NCBI GenBank assembly: GCA_004764695.1
Contig: SMSO01000014.1
Span: forward strand, 4,288,845-4,352,844
Direction: 5' to 3'
DNA length: 64,000 nt
Origin: Schizochytrium sp. TIO01
Taxonomy: Eukaryota; Protista; Bigyra: Labyrinthulomycetes
The position numbers and the translations under genes are program-made. Shown here one piece after another: positions 43,156-53,841 of the stretch. Position 1 is the stretch's first letter. Every line of letters starts with the position of its first letter. The notes under the pieces were generated by a model, which worked only from the letters and a program-made list of their open reading frames with translations, was not told the DNA's origin and ran no database searches.

Positions 43156-45825
43156 TTACACGGTGAGCTCGTCGATAAGAGGGTCAACCGAAGCTTCGCG
43201 ACCAAGGAGATCCTCCAGCATGTCGCGAGGGTCTCTTGAACCGCCGTACGAAAGCATTTTCGCTCGCAAGTCATCACCAACGCGACGATCCAAAGGCGAC
43301 TCTGCAAGTCGTGTGTGCCACAAATCTGCCGCAAATGTACGTGAATACGTATATGAGTAGTAAGCGGCGCCATAGTTGACAAAGTGAGAAAACCGCGCAA
43401 GCCAAAAGGTTCCTTCTGTGTAGGGAATGAGAGTATACTTCTCATGAAGCTTACGCAAGACATCCGAGGCTGCGGTCGGATCACGCACAATCTTTTGAAC
43501 GTTTTCGGCTTCCTGCCCGGAGCCAAAAAGGAGCTGATCACATGCAGCATACATAACTTGCTGTTGGTATTCCATTGCTTGGAACTTGCGGCGAGCTCCG
43601 CTGAGTGCGTTCACGACATCATGAGGGATGGGCTCGCCTGTCGAATGGTGTCGAGCGAACATACGGATGACTCGATCATCAAAGGCAAAGTATTCCATCA
43701 ACTGACTGGGTGTCTCCACAAAGTCAAGCTCTCCACGAGTACCCGAAAGGTGCTGATACTCCGTGCGAGAAAGCAAGCTGTGGAGCGCATGGCCGAACTC
43801 ATGAAAGAGTGTTTGTACTTGGGTATGGTGCATGAGTGCGCCCGGTCGCTCAAAGTTGCACAAGAGCACGGAAGTTGGCAGCTCGTAATACATCTGGCTT
43901 TCTTCAATGGTATATGCCTTGGCAGCCGCCTGATCAACTGGCATGGATGCCTTGCTGACTCCAAAAAGCGACATAGGGCGGTGCATGTGGCTACAGCGAA
44001 CCTGGAAATGAGCGGGATTGGAGAATTTACCAGGTCTCGCATATAAATCAAGGTAGAGGGTTCCAGCAGGTGTGCCGTCATGCTCACGAACCTGCAGCTT
44101 TTGTACGCCGTCGGCCCAGCTCTCACCTGGCCCCATTGGCACATTTTCGAACCGGATGCCAAACAGGCTGTTGCAAATCATTTGAAGACCCTGTAAGCAG
44201 CCATCCAATGTAAAGTATTCGTAAGAGCGCTCCATCAGTGTTCCAAATTGAGACTTGATGGCCAAATTCGTGTAGTAAGGTACATCCCATGCCTGGAGAC
44301 GACCCGAGTTAGGCTCATAACGATCTTTCAAAGCTTGTAACTCCCGCGCCTCGGCTTGTGCTCGAGGGGCAATACGCTCACTAAAGCGATCCAGGAACTT
44401 AAGCACCTCGCCAGGGTTCCCAGCCATGCGGTAGCTCGTGTTGAGATGAGCGTATGATTCATAGCCTAGTGCATTGGCAAGTTTGCGGCGTGCAGTGACG
44501 AGGCCATCGAGCGCGGCAAGATTTTTTTCAAAGCCCTCAGAGTACGCTTTGAGATAGAAACGTTTACGAAGAGATCCATCCGAGACATTTCTAAGGGCGA
44601 TGTTCAAACTGGCATTGTTCACATTGACTTTGTACGAAGGTGGGATCGACTTAGGGTCCAAGCTCCCAAATCTTCCAAGAGCACTGGCATCCATGAAAAC
44701 CTGTGTGCTTTCTGCAAGTCCCAAACGTAGCTGACCGGAGGAGTGTCTTTCGAGGTTGGCAAACGCAATTTCTGCGCTCCGCATCTCTGCCTGCAAAACC
44801 TCCACATGTTCTTTCTCCTTTGCCGAGAGGTGAATTCCGTCGCGCTCAAACTCAAGCTTTAGGGAAATTGCGACACGTTGTTCTTCGTCCCCTAGAGCAG
44901 CGAGGATATCTGGGTTTTCCACCATCACCGCTAGTGGTCGATACAAGAGTGCGTCCATATTGAGCTTGGTTACATAGGCCGAAAGCCTCGCGTATGATTC
45001 TGCAGCTGCCTGGCGCATTTTTGCATCGGCGTGACTACTTGCACAGATCTCAGCAGTATCTAGGAGCAAGCACAGTCTTGCCGACACAGAGTCAAGAAGC
45101 TGCAAAAACTCCCTGCCCTGCTGGGCCGCATTGTCACTTTTTGGGTCAATGTCGAACGCCACGGCAAGGTCTCTGAGAATCCTGCAGTCAGCTTCAGCTT
45201 CCTTTCGCCAATGCTCGAAAGATCCAACGTCTACGAGTCTGGCTTGGCCATACCATCCTGAAGCAGACGCAAGATCACTCGAAAAGTGCAGTGCTCCGGA
45301 GTTTTTACCAGGGTTAGAGCTCAGCAAGGACCTCATCCGGCTCCAGCTCCGTGCCATCAACGGTGACTGCTTCGAGTTTGTTTCGCCAGTGGTTGGCGAG
45401 GATTTCGCAGAATATTTCGCTGAAGAAGTTGAAAACGACGAAGATCTTGAGGGAAAGCATGGTGAAGATGTCGAAGATGGTGCAGAGGGTGACCAAGCTT
45501 CGGGACTTTTTGGAGCCATGAGATGCGAACGAGATTTCGAAAGCGAGACCACGCTTTCTTCAAGTAGTGTGTCATCGTTTTTGCTGCGAAGTGTCTTATT
45601 GGGATCCTCAAGGACATCTTTTTGTGCATGGAGATGGGCATTTTCGCGTTCTTGATACCCAGAGACTTTACTGAAGCTGCTAAAGGTAGAGGTTGAGGTT
45701 GCAGGAAGCCCCTGGCGACCTTGAAAGGTTAACTTGGACTTTACATCGATCGGGCTTCGGGCTCTGCGTATCACAGACGTTGCAGCAACTATGCGCGAAG
45801 CGGTGGCATGCTGCGTTCGCATCAT
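43156..45825 (-). CDS. MIPEP: Mitochondrial intermediate peptidase (M3A family); alternative start at 45357
   Basis: LDSVSARLCLLLDTAE, FERDGIHL, LQAWDVPYY, YLDLYARPGK, FHEFGHALHSLLSRTEYQHLSGTRGELDFVETPSQLMEYF, FSHFVNYGAAYYSY. Confidence 0.95.
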   Translation of the reverse strand: MMRTQHATASRIVAATSVIRRARSPIDVKSKLTFQGRQGLPATSTSTFSSFSKVSGYQERENAHLHAQKDVLEDPNKTLRSKNDDTLLEESVVSLSKSRSHLMAPKSPEAWSPSAPSSTSSPCFPSRSSSFSTSSAKYSAKSSPTTGETNSKQSPLMARSWSRMRSLLSSNPGKNSGALHFSSDLASASGWYGQARLVDVGSFEHWRKEAEADCRILRDLAVAFDIDPKSDNAAQQGREFLQLLDSVSARLCLLLDTAEICASSHADAKMRQAAAESYARLSAYVTKLNMDALLYRPLAVMVENPDILAALGDEEQRVAISLKLEFERDGIHLSAKEKEHVEVLQAEMRSAEIAFANLERHSSGQLRLGLAESTQVFMDASALGRFGSLDPKSIPPSYKVNVNNASLNIALRNVSDGSLRKRFYLKAYSEGFEKNLAALDGLVTARRKLANALGYESYAHLNTSYRMAGNPGEVLKFLDRFSERIAPRAQAEARELQALKDRYEPNSGRLQAWDVPYYTNLAIKSQFGTLMERSYEYFTLDGCLQGLQMICNSLFGIRFENVPMGPGESWADGVQKLQVREHDGTPAGTLYLDLYARPGKFSNPAHFQVRCSHMHRPMSLFGVSKASMPVDQAAAKAYTIEESQMYYELPTSVLLCNFERPGALMHHTQVQTLFHEFGHALHSLLSRTEYQHLSGTRGELDFVETPSQLMEYFAFDDRVIRMFARHHSTGEPIPHDVVNALSGARRKFQAMEYQQQVMYAACDQLLFGSGQEAENVQKIVRDPTAASDVLRKLHEKYTLIPYTEGTFWLARFSHFVNYGAAYYSYTYSRTFAADLWHTRLAESPLDRRVGDDLRAKMLSYGGSRDPRDMLEDLLGREASVDPLIDELTV

Positions 45826-47487
45826 GCCGCGTCTAGGAAGTATCCCAGCGTGGGATATGAGAAGCTAAAGAGGACCTGGCGGTGTTTAAGAAAAGGCACA
45901 GAGCCTTAGGGGGTTTTGCCTCGGGTGCAAGCGTTGCAGGGCCTGCTTCGTTATTGACAAAAGCGCCGGATTCCCATCTGCTGATAATCCTGAACGTCGG
46001 CGATCTGCTTTGAACAGTCTTCAAAATGCGTTGGAAAATATCCAACAAAATCGTACCTCCGATGTTAGTTACCTCTTTGTCTCTTTCAGGAGGAGTGTAT
46101 CACGAGAACCATATTCTTGACTAGATTATTCCTGCATATGTTTTCTTCACACCTCTGGAGCTATCTGAGAGTTTCTTGCTCCTACTGCTGCTTCTGATGA
46201 TTTTAAACGGAGGTGATGATGGAGTTCGCCGAAGGAATTTCTGTGAGTTTATCGACCATAATGTACTTGAGAAAAGGATTCTGGGAGAACCTGCTTAGCT
46301 CTATGAAAAAGGAATTTCGAAAGCTCAGCAGATGAGTTTCTTCACAAGTTTCAAGTACTATATATAAGTCAAGGCTTTTAGTCATGATAAATTGTTAGAT
46401 CGCCATCAACAGATAGGTGGGAGGAGGATGGGAGATCGTCTCACGAAAGGATTGCACCCTATCGCAATATCACTATAGATGAGCGGAATCATTCAACTTG
46501 CGTCTTGTGAATTGTGTCAGGAATAGTTACATTATTGCTACAACTTTGCATATTAGAGATAGTCTTTCCTCTTACGTTTGCTCGAAAATTTTATTTCCTT
46601 TTCATCAATATGGGACTTTTCACAAGCATGGTGAAAGAAAGAATGCGAAAGATTGTTTCAAGAGCTAATTCTACTTTGGGAATTGCTTGAAAGGTAAATC
46701 TAAGCGGCTAGAGGTAGACTATGAAGGTAGAGGTATTGCTACTTGTTGTGGCTACCTGGATGTTTTTACATTTTGGGGGGTAAACCATTTCATCATTGCA
46801 GTAATAGTCAAGGTGAATTCAACTGACCACGCTTAATACTACTAGCTCCTATGATTAAAATCCAACATTTGATGTTTCCAGCGTTTAATACTGTTCTGGG
46901 AACGCTTGCAATATTGTTTTCAATAGTATTTCTGCTTTTTAGTTCTGCGGGTGATGTTCTCTGCTGTCCCTGAAGCTACAAGTGGACCTGCGTATGTGAA
47001 TGACCAATATAGGGTATATCTAAAATCAATGTACATTGGGTACAATGGGATTCATTACTATTTCTGGGTCTTTTGCATCAGCTTAGCGTGGGGTTCGTTT
47101 TACGGGTTGGTCGGTTCGACCACACTAATTTATCCAGAGCCAAGAACCAAAAGTGAGACTACACATTTACCTACATTCAAATATGGTTTAACTTGAATCG
47201 ATGGTGGAGGAGCTTGAATTAACCGAACACCATCGACTATCTCTAATACTTTTCAAGGATGTCTTAACCTCCTGAACTACTAAATTCTTGAGAGCTTTCT
47301 ATGAAACGCCAAGAACTCTAGCAATATCTTGTCTACCTTTTCCTATAAAAATTGAAGATCTCAGCTAGAGTTTTCACCTGTTATGAATTCTATCATCTTG
47401 CCTAAGCATAACAAACTGAAAAGAGAACCGCATGATTTTTGTGCATACTTTATATTAATGGTATGAATACTGAGGCGATCAGCTTTA

Positions 47488-47610
47488 CTATAATATATTT
47501 GGAAAGAAGCATGGCCATAGAGATTCGTCTATAATATATTTGAAAAGAAGCATAACCATTGAGATTCGTCTATAATATATTTGGAAAGAAGCATAACCAT
47601 TGAGATTCGT
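47488..47610 (+). repeat. 41-bp minisatellite x3
   Basis: Unit ctataatatatttg[g/a]aaagaagcat[gg/aa]ccat[a/t]gagattcgt, directly abutting copies with no spacers. Confidence 0.95.
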
Positions 47611-48413
47611 TTTAATAAAGCGAGTAGTTCAGGAGAAATGCATAGAGGCTGTTTAAGTTATTGAATTGTTGGTTCGCATGGTTGCATGCATCATTAAAAA
47701 TTCTGCAATGCAAGACTCCAAGCACGTTGGCCCACTTTATATAGCGCGCCTGTTTATTCCGAGCTTGACTTCAACTTGAGCGCAATTTACTGCTAAAGAA
47801 GGTAATGTAGCTCTCCTTGACTAAGAGGCAATATCGCAATCTTTACTATGTTTTTATCCTGTCAACCCACACAGCCAATCTTTCTCATGCATGCGTGCGC
47901 GCTGCTCCTTTTCATTTAAAAAGAAACAAAGCGAAACAAACATATCTTATCAAGTACGATTTACAAGTACGTTCTCTGCGCTCGTATTCCTGTGATTTGT
48001 AAATATCTCAAAGTTTGATTTAAAGCAAGATCCATATATCTCCGAGACATTTTTCTAAACTGCATTACATAAGTTCTGGTACTACTACTACACACTGTCG
48101 TCATCTCTGGAGCGTTTCCCCTAGTTCTCAACTCCACCCTACTGTCCCGATCTCGGGTGGTGCCAATATGGCCATCGCAAAAGCATATACTTTAGGTTGT
48201 CTAAATAATCTCCGTTTACTGATGATCCTGATGAAGACGCTTCGCGAGCTAGTTAGCTTCCGCGAGCACATCAATTCGCGAGGCAGTGCCCGCAGACTTG
48301 AAAGGTCGTACTAAGCTTGCATTCCTCTCATCACAGAAAGAAAAAAGGTTTGCCAGGAAGAGCGATCATCCCGAAAATTGCCCAAAGCCGCTCTGTTCTT
48401 TGAGGTGGTGTGC

Positions 48414-48433
48414 GCTGCTGCTGCTGCTGCTGC
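48414..48433 (+). repeat. (GCT)n microsatellite
   Basis: Read directly. Confidence 0.85.
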
Positions 48434-51120
48434 TACTACTGCAGGCCTCAACTTCAAGTTCACCTTGCCAACTGCAGCTGCGACCAGCTAAGCTTGACTT
48501 CAAGGCCCCGGTCGCTCTCTGACCTGCGGCGGAGTGCACGCGTGTCTAGTAGTAGAGTTTCGCACAACTGTCCTGTGCCTGCTGCGCATGCACGCAATGC
48601 TGCGTGGCAAGCTCGGACTTCGTAGTCCGAAGGGTCAGGCTTAGGTCCTGGCTGTCTGGCAGTGTGGTAGTCGGGCTTGTGATAAGAACGGACCGGGACC
48701 CGTGCTCCCATCTCGAAGTTCGCCTGCAGACTCACTCACACAAGCTCCATATGCTTGCTTGCTTTTGGCAGAATTTTAGCCTCCATTCCGTATGCAGGCA
48801 ATGCTCGTGGAATTCTGCGCCTTGCACTGCTTCAGAAACAGCATCACCTGGAGTGAGAACCGGCCGTTCGAGTGCTTTCTTTCATGCAGGCATCCGCTGC
48901 TGGCATCCGCCAATGGACTGTCTCGAGCACTGCTCCGCTTGGCTCCGGTTCCAACTTGTAATGCGCTTGCTTTTCAGCTGCTATGGATGAATGACTCTTA
49001 TGTAATCCGGGTGCTACCAAACTCGGGCAGCTGCTGCAGCAATGAACCCACCGGCACGGAGTGGGAGTGGAAAGCAAGCGACTTGCTTCAGGACGTCTTC
49101 TTCGTCGAAGACGCTTGAAAGCTTGGGCTGTCTTCATCTATTTGTCTTGCTCACTCACTGCTCATTTGCGGGTCCCCTGAGCGATATCTTTGCTTTCTCA
49201 TTTTCATTCCGTTTTCATTCCGTTTTCATTTTTGTCACTTTTTCATTTTAACTTTAAAAAGATTTAAAAAGAAAAAACAAAACAAACAAAAGAAAAGTTT
49301 ATCACATATACAGAAATGCAATAAAATGCTTCGGTCTCATGGAGTCTCATTCGCATAGACTGCGCCGCGAGGTTCTTCGCTCTGCCGAGGTCTGCGATTC
49401 GAGGCAAGGCACCCTTCGGGCCACGCTCGGGTCTGTTCTCCTCGAGGTCGAGGTTGCGGAATGGCCCTTGGCTGGCTGGCCCGAGAGCTGGGAATTGCGA
49501 CTTTCTGCAATGATCAGAATCACAATGGCTGCACAAAAGCTCTCTCAGTTCAGAAGGCAGTGCAGCTCAAGATGAGAACTCAGCTGTCTCGGCAAAGCAC
49601 AGGCTGGTAGGTACTTAGGTCAGACCGGTTCCAAAGAGCTCTGCTTTCCTACCTGGAGTCCGCGCCACTTTCGCATCGGCAGCTGGAGCTTTCTTCGCCT
49701 TCGCGTTCTCCACGGCGGCGTCCACGTTCTTCAGGTCGCTGGCGATGGCCTTCCGCCATGAGAACCGACCGCCGCGACACGAGCAGGGCAGGGCTGCTAG
49801 CTCCGCGGCTGCCGTCGCTTCGGTCCGCAGGGAGTATGCACCTCGCGCCTCAGCCTCGATGAGCCCATCGCCTTCGCAGACGTGCACTCGAAGTTGCTTG
49901 TGATCGTAATCGAAGTTCACGCAATGGAATTCATTGATTGCTCTCGGGCTCCGTTCCAATCCCCGCGACGGGTTCCTAAGACATGGTTAGCACCACATAA
50001 CGTCCGTTCTTTTAGCTCCGCCGTCCGTTCTCAATTCAGAAGTTTGGATCTTCGATGATATATATCTCTCATTTATCTATCATTGCGCCCCTTTCGCGCT
50101 CTGCCCCGACTTCCTGCCGCCAAGCAGCCAGGGACGGCACGAGGGCCCTCGGCGCCGCCTGCGTCGGCCAGCAGGCTCCGCAGCGGCACGGCAGGCCGCC
50201 GGAGGCTTGCTTGCTTCGAGCGGGCCGCAGGGTCGCGAAGGTCTCGATCCGCTGATTTGTCTTTGGCTGTGACTCTGTTTTTCTGCTCTGAGAAACGTTG
50301 AAGAAACGTTTGAGAGATTTAAAAGAAAGAATAAAACAGAGAAAAAAAAAAAGAATAGAAAAAGTTGAAATGAAAATTAATGGAAATTAATGGAAATTGA
50401 TGATTTTTAATTGGGAAAAGGTTTTAATTCAATTTAGATCGAAAGTAATCTAACCTCGGCCGATCCGATGCGCTGTAAAGGGGGGAACCACGTCAAGGGC
50501 GATCACAAATACCTCAGCTGCAATCAACGGCTGCGGTCGGCATTCTGATTTTGCCTCAAGTTTTTTGTTCTTGTACGCTCCATATATATATATGTGTAAA
50601 ATGCAGCGCCGCGATTTTCTTTTTATCGTCAAAACAGAAAGAATCATTTCTTTGTCTTTTTCCTTTTTATGAGAATTTGAAACAAAATCCTCGAAGCGTC
50701 CTATGGTTTAGGGTAGGTGGTGCGTAGAGAGCAGGTGAATTAGTAAAAAGGAAAGATTTATTGATGCGTTTTATTGATTATGCAATGAGAGATCTATGAT
50801 GAGAGAACCATAAGGTGGCATAAGAACAGATCCCATCGCGAGCGAGTGACAGCAGCAGCAGCAGACCTGCAACTCAGGACCAAGGCTGCGAAGATCAGAA
50901 ATAGCTTCTGTCAGACTCAGGCGAGCAGTGTAGAAAAGTACTTAGATATCAAGGTAGGTGCGATAAGCCGGGAGCGTACGATAGGGTTGAAGAAGATGAT
51001 GCTGAGGATATTGGAGGCGACTAACCTAGTATTGCCACGAGGGACGTGTATATTTGGGACGCCGATGCCCAATGCGCGGTGCGCGTGACGATTGTTTTTA
51101 CTCATTGACATAGACACAAA

Positions 51121-51951
51121 ATGAGCGGCGAGGCACCGAAGGAGATTGACTTTTGCTTTGATGGCAAGGTCGTCATGATCACCGGAGGCGGCGGCAACTT
51201 CGGCCGTGCCGGTGGAATTTCTATGGCCAAGTCTGGCGCCAACGTCATTCTTTGTGACGTAATGGAGGGACCTCTGAAGGAGTCTGAAGAGGAGGTCAGC
51301 AAATACCTTAAGGAGGGCCGCCGTGTCGCTTCCTTTACCTTTGATGTGACCAACGAGAAGGAGGTCCAGGACACCATTGCCAAGATTGTTGATGACTTTG
51401 GCGGCATCGACCACTTGTGGAACAACGCTGGCTACCAGGGTCTCATGAAGTCAACAACTGACTATCCGGTTGATGATTTTGCTCGTGTCATGAACATCAA
51501 TGTTGTAGGCTCCTTCTGCGTACTCAAGAACGTAGCGAATAGCATGATTGAGAAGAAGATTCAAGGCACCATCGTAAACACTGCATCGGTTGCTGGCCTC
51601 CGTGGCACACCGACCATGTCAGCATACGTAGCCTCCAAAGCCGCCATCATCGGCTGGACTGTGAGTGCTTCCAAGGATCTTGCCCCGTACAACATTCGTG
51701 TCAACGCCGTGAGTCCGGCTCTGATTGGTCCCGGCTACATGTGGACACGCCAAAACGAGCTCCAGGCACAATCAGGCTCCCCTTACTTTTGCAGTGATCC
51801 GGAGGAGCTTGGCAGGTCTAAGATCAACAGCGTTCCCCTCAAACGCCTTGGTACAATTGAGGAGGTTGTGCAGAGCGTCTCGTTTTTGCTGTCCAGTGCT
51901 TCTTCATATACCACTGGCACTAACCTCATTGTGGCTGGTGGTCTTGCCTAA
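51121..51951 (+). CDS. SDR, NAD-dependent xylitol/polyol dehydrogenase-like
   Basis: TGGGGNFG, NNAGYQG, DYPVDDFARV, YVASK, DLAPYNIRVNAVSP, GPGYMWTRQNELQA..GSPYF, recalled as closely matching Gluconobacter xylitol dehydrogenase. Confidence 0.9.
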   Translation: MSGEAPKEIDFCFDGKVVMITGGGGNFGRAGGISMAKSGANVILCDVMEGPLKESEEEVSKYLKEGRRVASFTFDVTNEKEVQDTIAKIVDDFGGIDHLWNNAGYQGLMKSTTDYPVDDFARVMNINVVGSFCVLKNVANSMIEKKIQGTIVNTASVAGLRGTPTMSAYVASKAAIIGWTVSASKDLAPYNIRVNAVSPALIGPGYMWTRQNELQAQSGSPYFCSDPEELGRSKINSVPLKRLGTIEEVVQSVSFLLSSASSYTTGTNLIVAGGLA

Positions 51952-53841
51952 ACTAACGCACCTTTTCACGCCTCCCTCAAGGTGGAGTATTGCATATTTG
52001 CTTGCAATTGTCTGGTGTGCTTACATGGATGTAAGCGAGTGGTTAAAAAAAACCTCCTTGCTTGCTCAAGCTTGATTTGACAGATGCTACTTATATCTCA
52101 CATTAGTAGAAAAGTACTACACCATATCTCTGTAGATGACCTCGTTTCCATTTGCCAAAAACATAATTGATAATCGCATCTTTTCCCGCACTTTTTCCAC
52201 CGACAGCAGACGATATCTGCGATAATACCATGTATATTAACAATCTGGCTGGTCTGCTTTCTCCCCTTTTCGCTAAACTAAGATTGGGCCATGCTAGTAT
52301 TTTCGCTCGTCACAAACCCTGATCTTTCATTGCATCATTTCAATCTCCGCATAGCTTAGTATCTTATTTCAAGCTGTTTTTATTGTTTAAAAAAAACAAA
52401 AAAAAACAAGACTTATCGTAAATCAAGGTAGCACTGCAGAGGAAGTAACAGGTTTAAAATAGTATTTGATTCCTTGGGAGACAGTGTTATAGTACATTAA
52501 TCATGTTGATTACTCATTTAGAAAAAGAAAGAAGGTTTCATTCTGTTGAAGGTAGTTTTGCTAACCCAAGTTGACCAAAGCTCACTAATAAATTACATTT
52601 GATAGGTTTCACTACCAGAGTCGATATCACAAGTAGCTTGTAGTTTCGAGCTGTATACACATTTCCCAATACCATCAAATAAATGATAAATGAGGTCATC
52701 CATCGACAAGAACGGGGGAATCCCAAGCAAGGTCACAAACAGGACACAACATTTGCCTTTCAGATTCAAGATTTAGTCTTTTCGGGGGGAAACTCAAGGT
52801 GTTCTACATTTGAGCAGTCGTGAATCAAGTTTAAAGGGCCAAGGTTGCTCAATCAGTCAACAACTAATAGTAGAATGTCATTTTTTCAGTTACGATACAT
52901 GATGTTGAGTATGCTCACAGCTGATGTATTTGACAGCGTCCGCCAGCAGAAGAGCAGTGACCGTAGATGGCGATGCGTACAGCAGGCTCCATAGCCTAGA
53001 TTCCTCCCGTCACTGCTTCGCAACATTTCCTCTAGCGCTCGCTGCCCCAGCCTAAGATACGTCTTCGTCACTTCATGATAAGACCTCTCGTATTTGCATG
53101 ATACCATTTTTCAGTGAACGATGAAAACCCCAGCAGAAGCAGCAACGCCGGAGGCGCCCGTTTCTTCAGCCCGCTCACCCAGCGCCGCACAGCGCAAACA
53201 GCAGTACAATGACGCCAAGAATGGACATTGTGAGGATCATGAGCATCTTCATGGCATTGTCTTGGCCTCCATCGCTCAGCTCCACAGTCGTCGCCAGCGA
53301 CCTCGAAAGCCTCTCCTCAGCAGCCCAGGCAACCCAGGCAGCTTTGGCCGGCGCCTCGCGAGCCAGCGCCTCCACTGTGCCTCGCAGCGCCCCCTCCATC
53401 GCGCCCAGCTCGCGTTTTGCCAGCCCAAACTCGCGCGCGCAAACTCGCTTCTCCGCAGAACTCAGTCGGCCGGCTCCGTGCTTCATTCCCCGCATTCCCT
53501 GTGTTCCCTTTATTCTCCTCATTCCCTTCGTTCCCAGGCGGCCTTCCTGGGCTTCGAGGCCTGCGAGTAGAACCTTGAGCGCGCAAGGAATCGCGCGGGC
53601 CTCGCGCGGCACGACCTCGCGGGGAGGGGCTTGGTGGATCGGGGACAGCAAAGCCGGTTCATTGAAAGTTTCTTTGAACGAGGTGGGTTAGAACCCTGAA
53701 TCTGGTGTTATTGTTGACTTTGACAACGTCGTTGTTGACGACGACGAGCGGCACAAGCTTGACCTTGACCTGTTTGTAGCAAACGTTTGAGCTGAGAGCT
53801 GTGGAATTCGTGGGGCTGGGAGGCCCACGGGAGCAGGGGAA

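Noticed and set aside
47488-47610. 41-bp repeats as a CRISPR array
   Set aside because: Copies abut with no unique spacers, there are no cas genes, and the context is eukaryotic.
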